Shown here: one piece after another, positions 62,491 to 64,000 of the stretch
Layout of the letters: each line of letters begins with the position of its first letter
Numbering within the stretch: position 1 is the first letter of the stretch
NCBI RefSeq assembly: GCF_964204645.1
Contig: NC_134036.1
Coordinates: forward strand, 10,643,859-10,707,858
Direction: 5' to 3'
Source of the DNA: Tubulanus polymorphus
Lineage: Eukaryota > Animalia > Nemertea
DNA: 64,000 nt
Notes under the pieces: generated by a model
The model's database searches: none
Seen by the model: the letters and a program-made list of their open reading frames with translations, nothing else
Told to the model about the DNA's origin: nothing
Made by a program: the position numbers and the translations under genes

Positions 62491-62589
62491 TGTGAAATCT
62501 CCGATAATAGCACGAATAACCACATTTGACTTGGATTTTACTTCCGGGTTGTTGATAATCTCGCAAAAATGGCTCGCGAGAATGGTGCT

Positions 62590-63280
62590 GAATTTAACCT
62601 GGAAATGAATTCAAAATATAACCGAAATACCTTATGTACTAGTTCATTTGCAATAAAAATCTATCGCTTCAACGTTTTAGTTAGCGATATTTTACTTATC
62701 ATACATCGGCACGCATTTAAATCCTTTAAATATGATATCCCGACAATGTGATGAATTCGATAAAACCTCACTTCGAACGCTAAAGATCACTTGAAATGTC
62801 AAAGAACTACCAACAATCACAAATTTAGCGATAACGCTGGAAGCAGCTAATGCAAGTAATGACTGGTGCCGGGTGTCATCATTTAGTTGTTGAGTTCAAG
62901 ACTCTGAGGTGAATTAATTGCAGGCTACACTGATTATTATATGAAATATAATCTACACTGATTTTAATATGAAAATATATTATGAAATAAAATTGATTTT
63001 AGAAGGACTACACTCGTAGATTCATAATAAAAATATGAAAAGTACCAGGACTCGAACCAACAATTAAAATTGGGCCGTCAAGTGCTGCCACCATGTGATA
63101 CCTGGCAACCAGTCATTGCATTGTTAGCCGTGGAAAAATGTTTTTTTTTTTAATTTTAGGACATTTATAGTGATTTCTAGCCTTTGCAGTGAGGTTTTAT
63201 ATTATCTTACGTAGCGGTAGGCGAGAGATTTTCATTGTAAATGAACTAGAGCATGGCGAATTTAGGTTCCAATTTCCGGT
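62590..63280. repeat. Old degenerate inverted-repeat element
   Basis: CTAGTTCATTTGCAAT...AAAACCTCACT...AAATGTC pairs with GACATTT...AGTGAGGTTTT...ATTGTAAATGAACTAG. Confidence 0.5.
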
Positions 63281-64000
63281 TCTGACTAGCGCCATCAAAC
63301 GAGTAATTCAAGAACTTGAATTTGTCGATATCCCGTATTAACATCCAGGATACTCAAATTAAATATATTTTCAAAACTTTAGTATTCGTCTCAAATTACG
63401 TTAATGCACATTGTTTCTTTTTTGAATTTTTAAAAATACTTCCGATTCGGAACTTCATTATGATCAATTATCATTCTTTAAATCATTCTATAACTGTTAT
63501 ACTAATTTTATTACAATACGGGATAAAGCAAAACAACAATGTCTGCCCATACTTCTGTTTTTCTTTTTATAGAAAGTACTCGGGAGTATCATAAAGTAAC
63601 AGCGTGATCCTTTCACCAGCCACATAATTAATGCACCCCGATGTTCCGACCTAACCAAACACGATCTATTCTTAAGTTTTATAAAAAGAGTTGAAATCTG
63701 TTGAAATATGGGTCGTGTCGGTACCTTGAAGAACACTGCCAGCATACTGTTGAATACACATATGTAATTGAATGAAATTTGTTAAACAATAATCAATAAT
63801 ATTGAAATTAAACAAATCAATCCTACCAAAATAGTCAGCACGCCACAACTATGCCCATCAAGTTGTTTCTGGTGAGGCAGTTCGATTATGGACCATTCAA
63901 TATCATCAATCACGACCGTAGGCGTAATAGAAAAACGAATTCACCTTGACCTTAAACCGCGCACCTGCAAGCACCTATCCGCGCACCTGTGGAGCACCTG

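Overview
Repeat-rich genomic DNA from an animal, probably a non-insect invertebrate (spliced genes, F-type and C-type lectin domains, TTAGGG-like repeats). The centre is a ~23-kb AT-rich, partly decayed Polinton/Maverick (adintovirus-like) element at 28413-51442. It has ~575-bp TIRs, protein-primed DNA polymerase B, minor and major capsid genes, a packaging ATPase, an integrase and an NCLDV-type HNH nuclease. Two features stand out: 14 of its genes start at a poxvirus late-promoter-like TAAATG, and each TIR ends in a ~390-bp fold-back hairpin. Together these suggest a virophage-like dependent of a cytoplasmic pox-like virus (inference). Nested in it are two inverted copies of a 2.2-kb TIR transposon (7-bp TSD, RAG1-N/Chapa-like zinc finger plus a convergent spliced gene) and a MITE with a 10-bp TSD. 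The flanks hold seven exons of an EGF/F-type lectin/FN3 receptor-like gene, a C-type lectin pseudogene, a THAP gene disrupted by the same MITE, decayed piggyBac, Gypsy (Gmr1-like), LINE and Penelope pieces, hammerhead-ribozyme motifs, and ends of two related Polintons. All calls are by eye from motifs; no searches were run.
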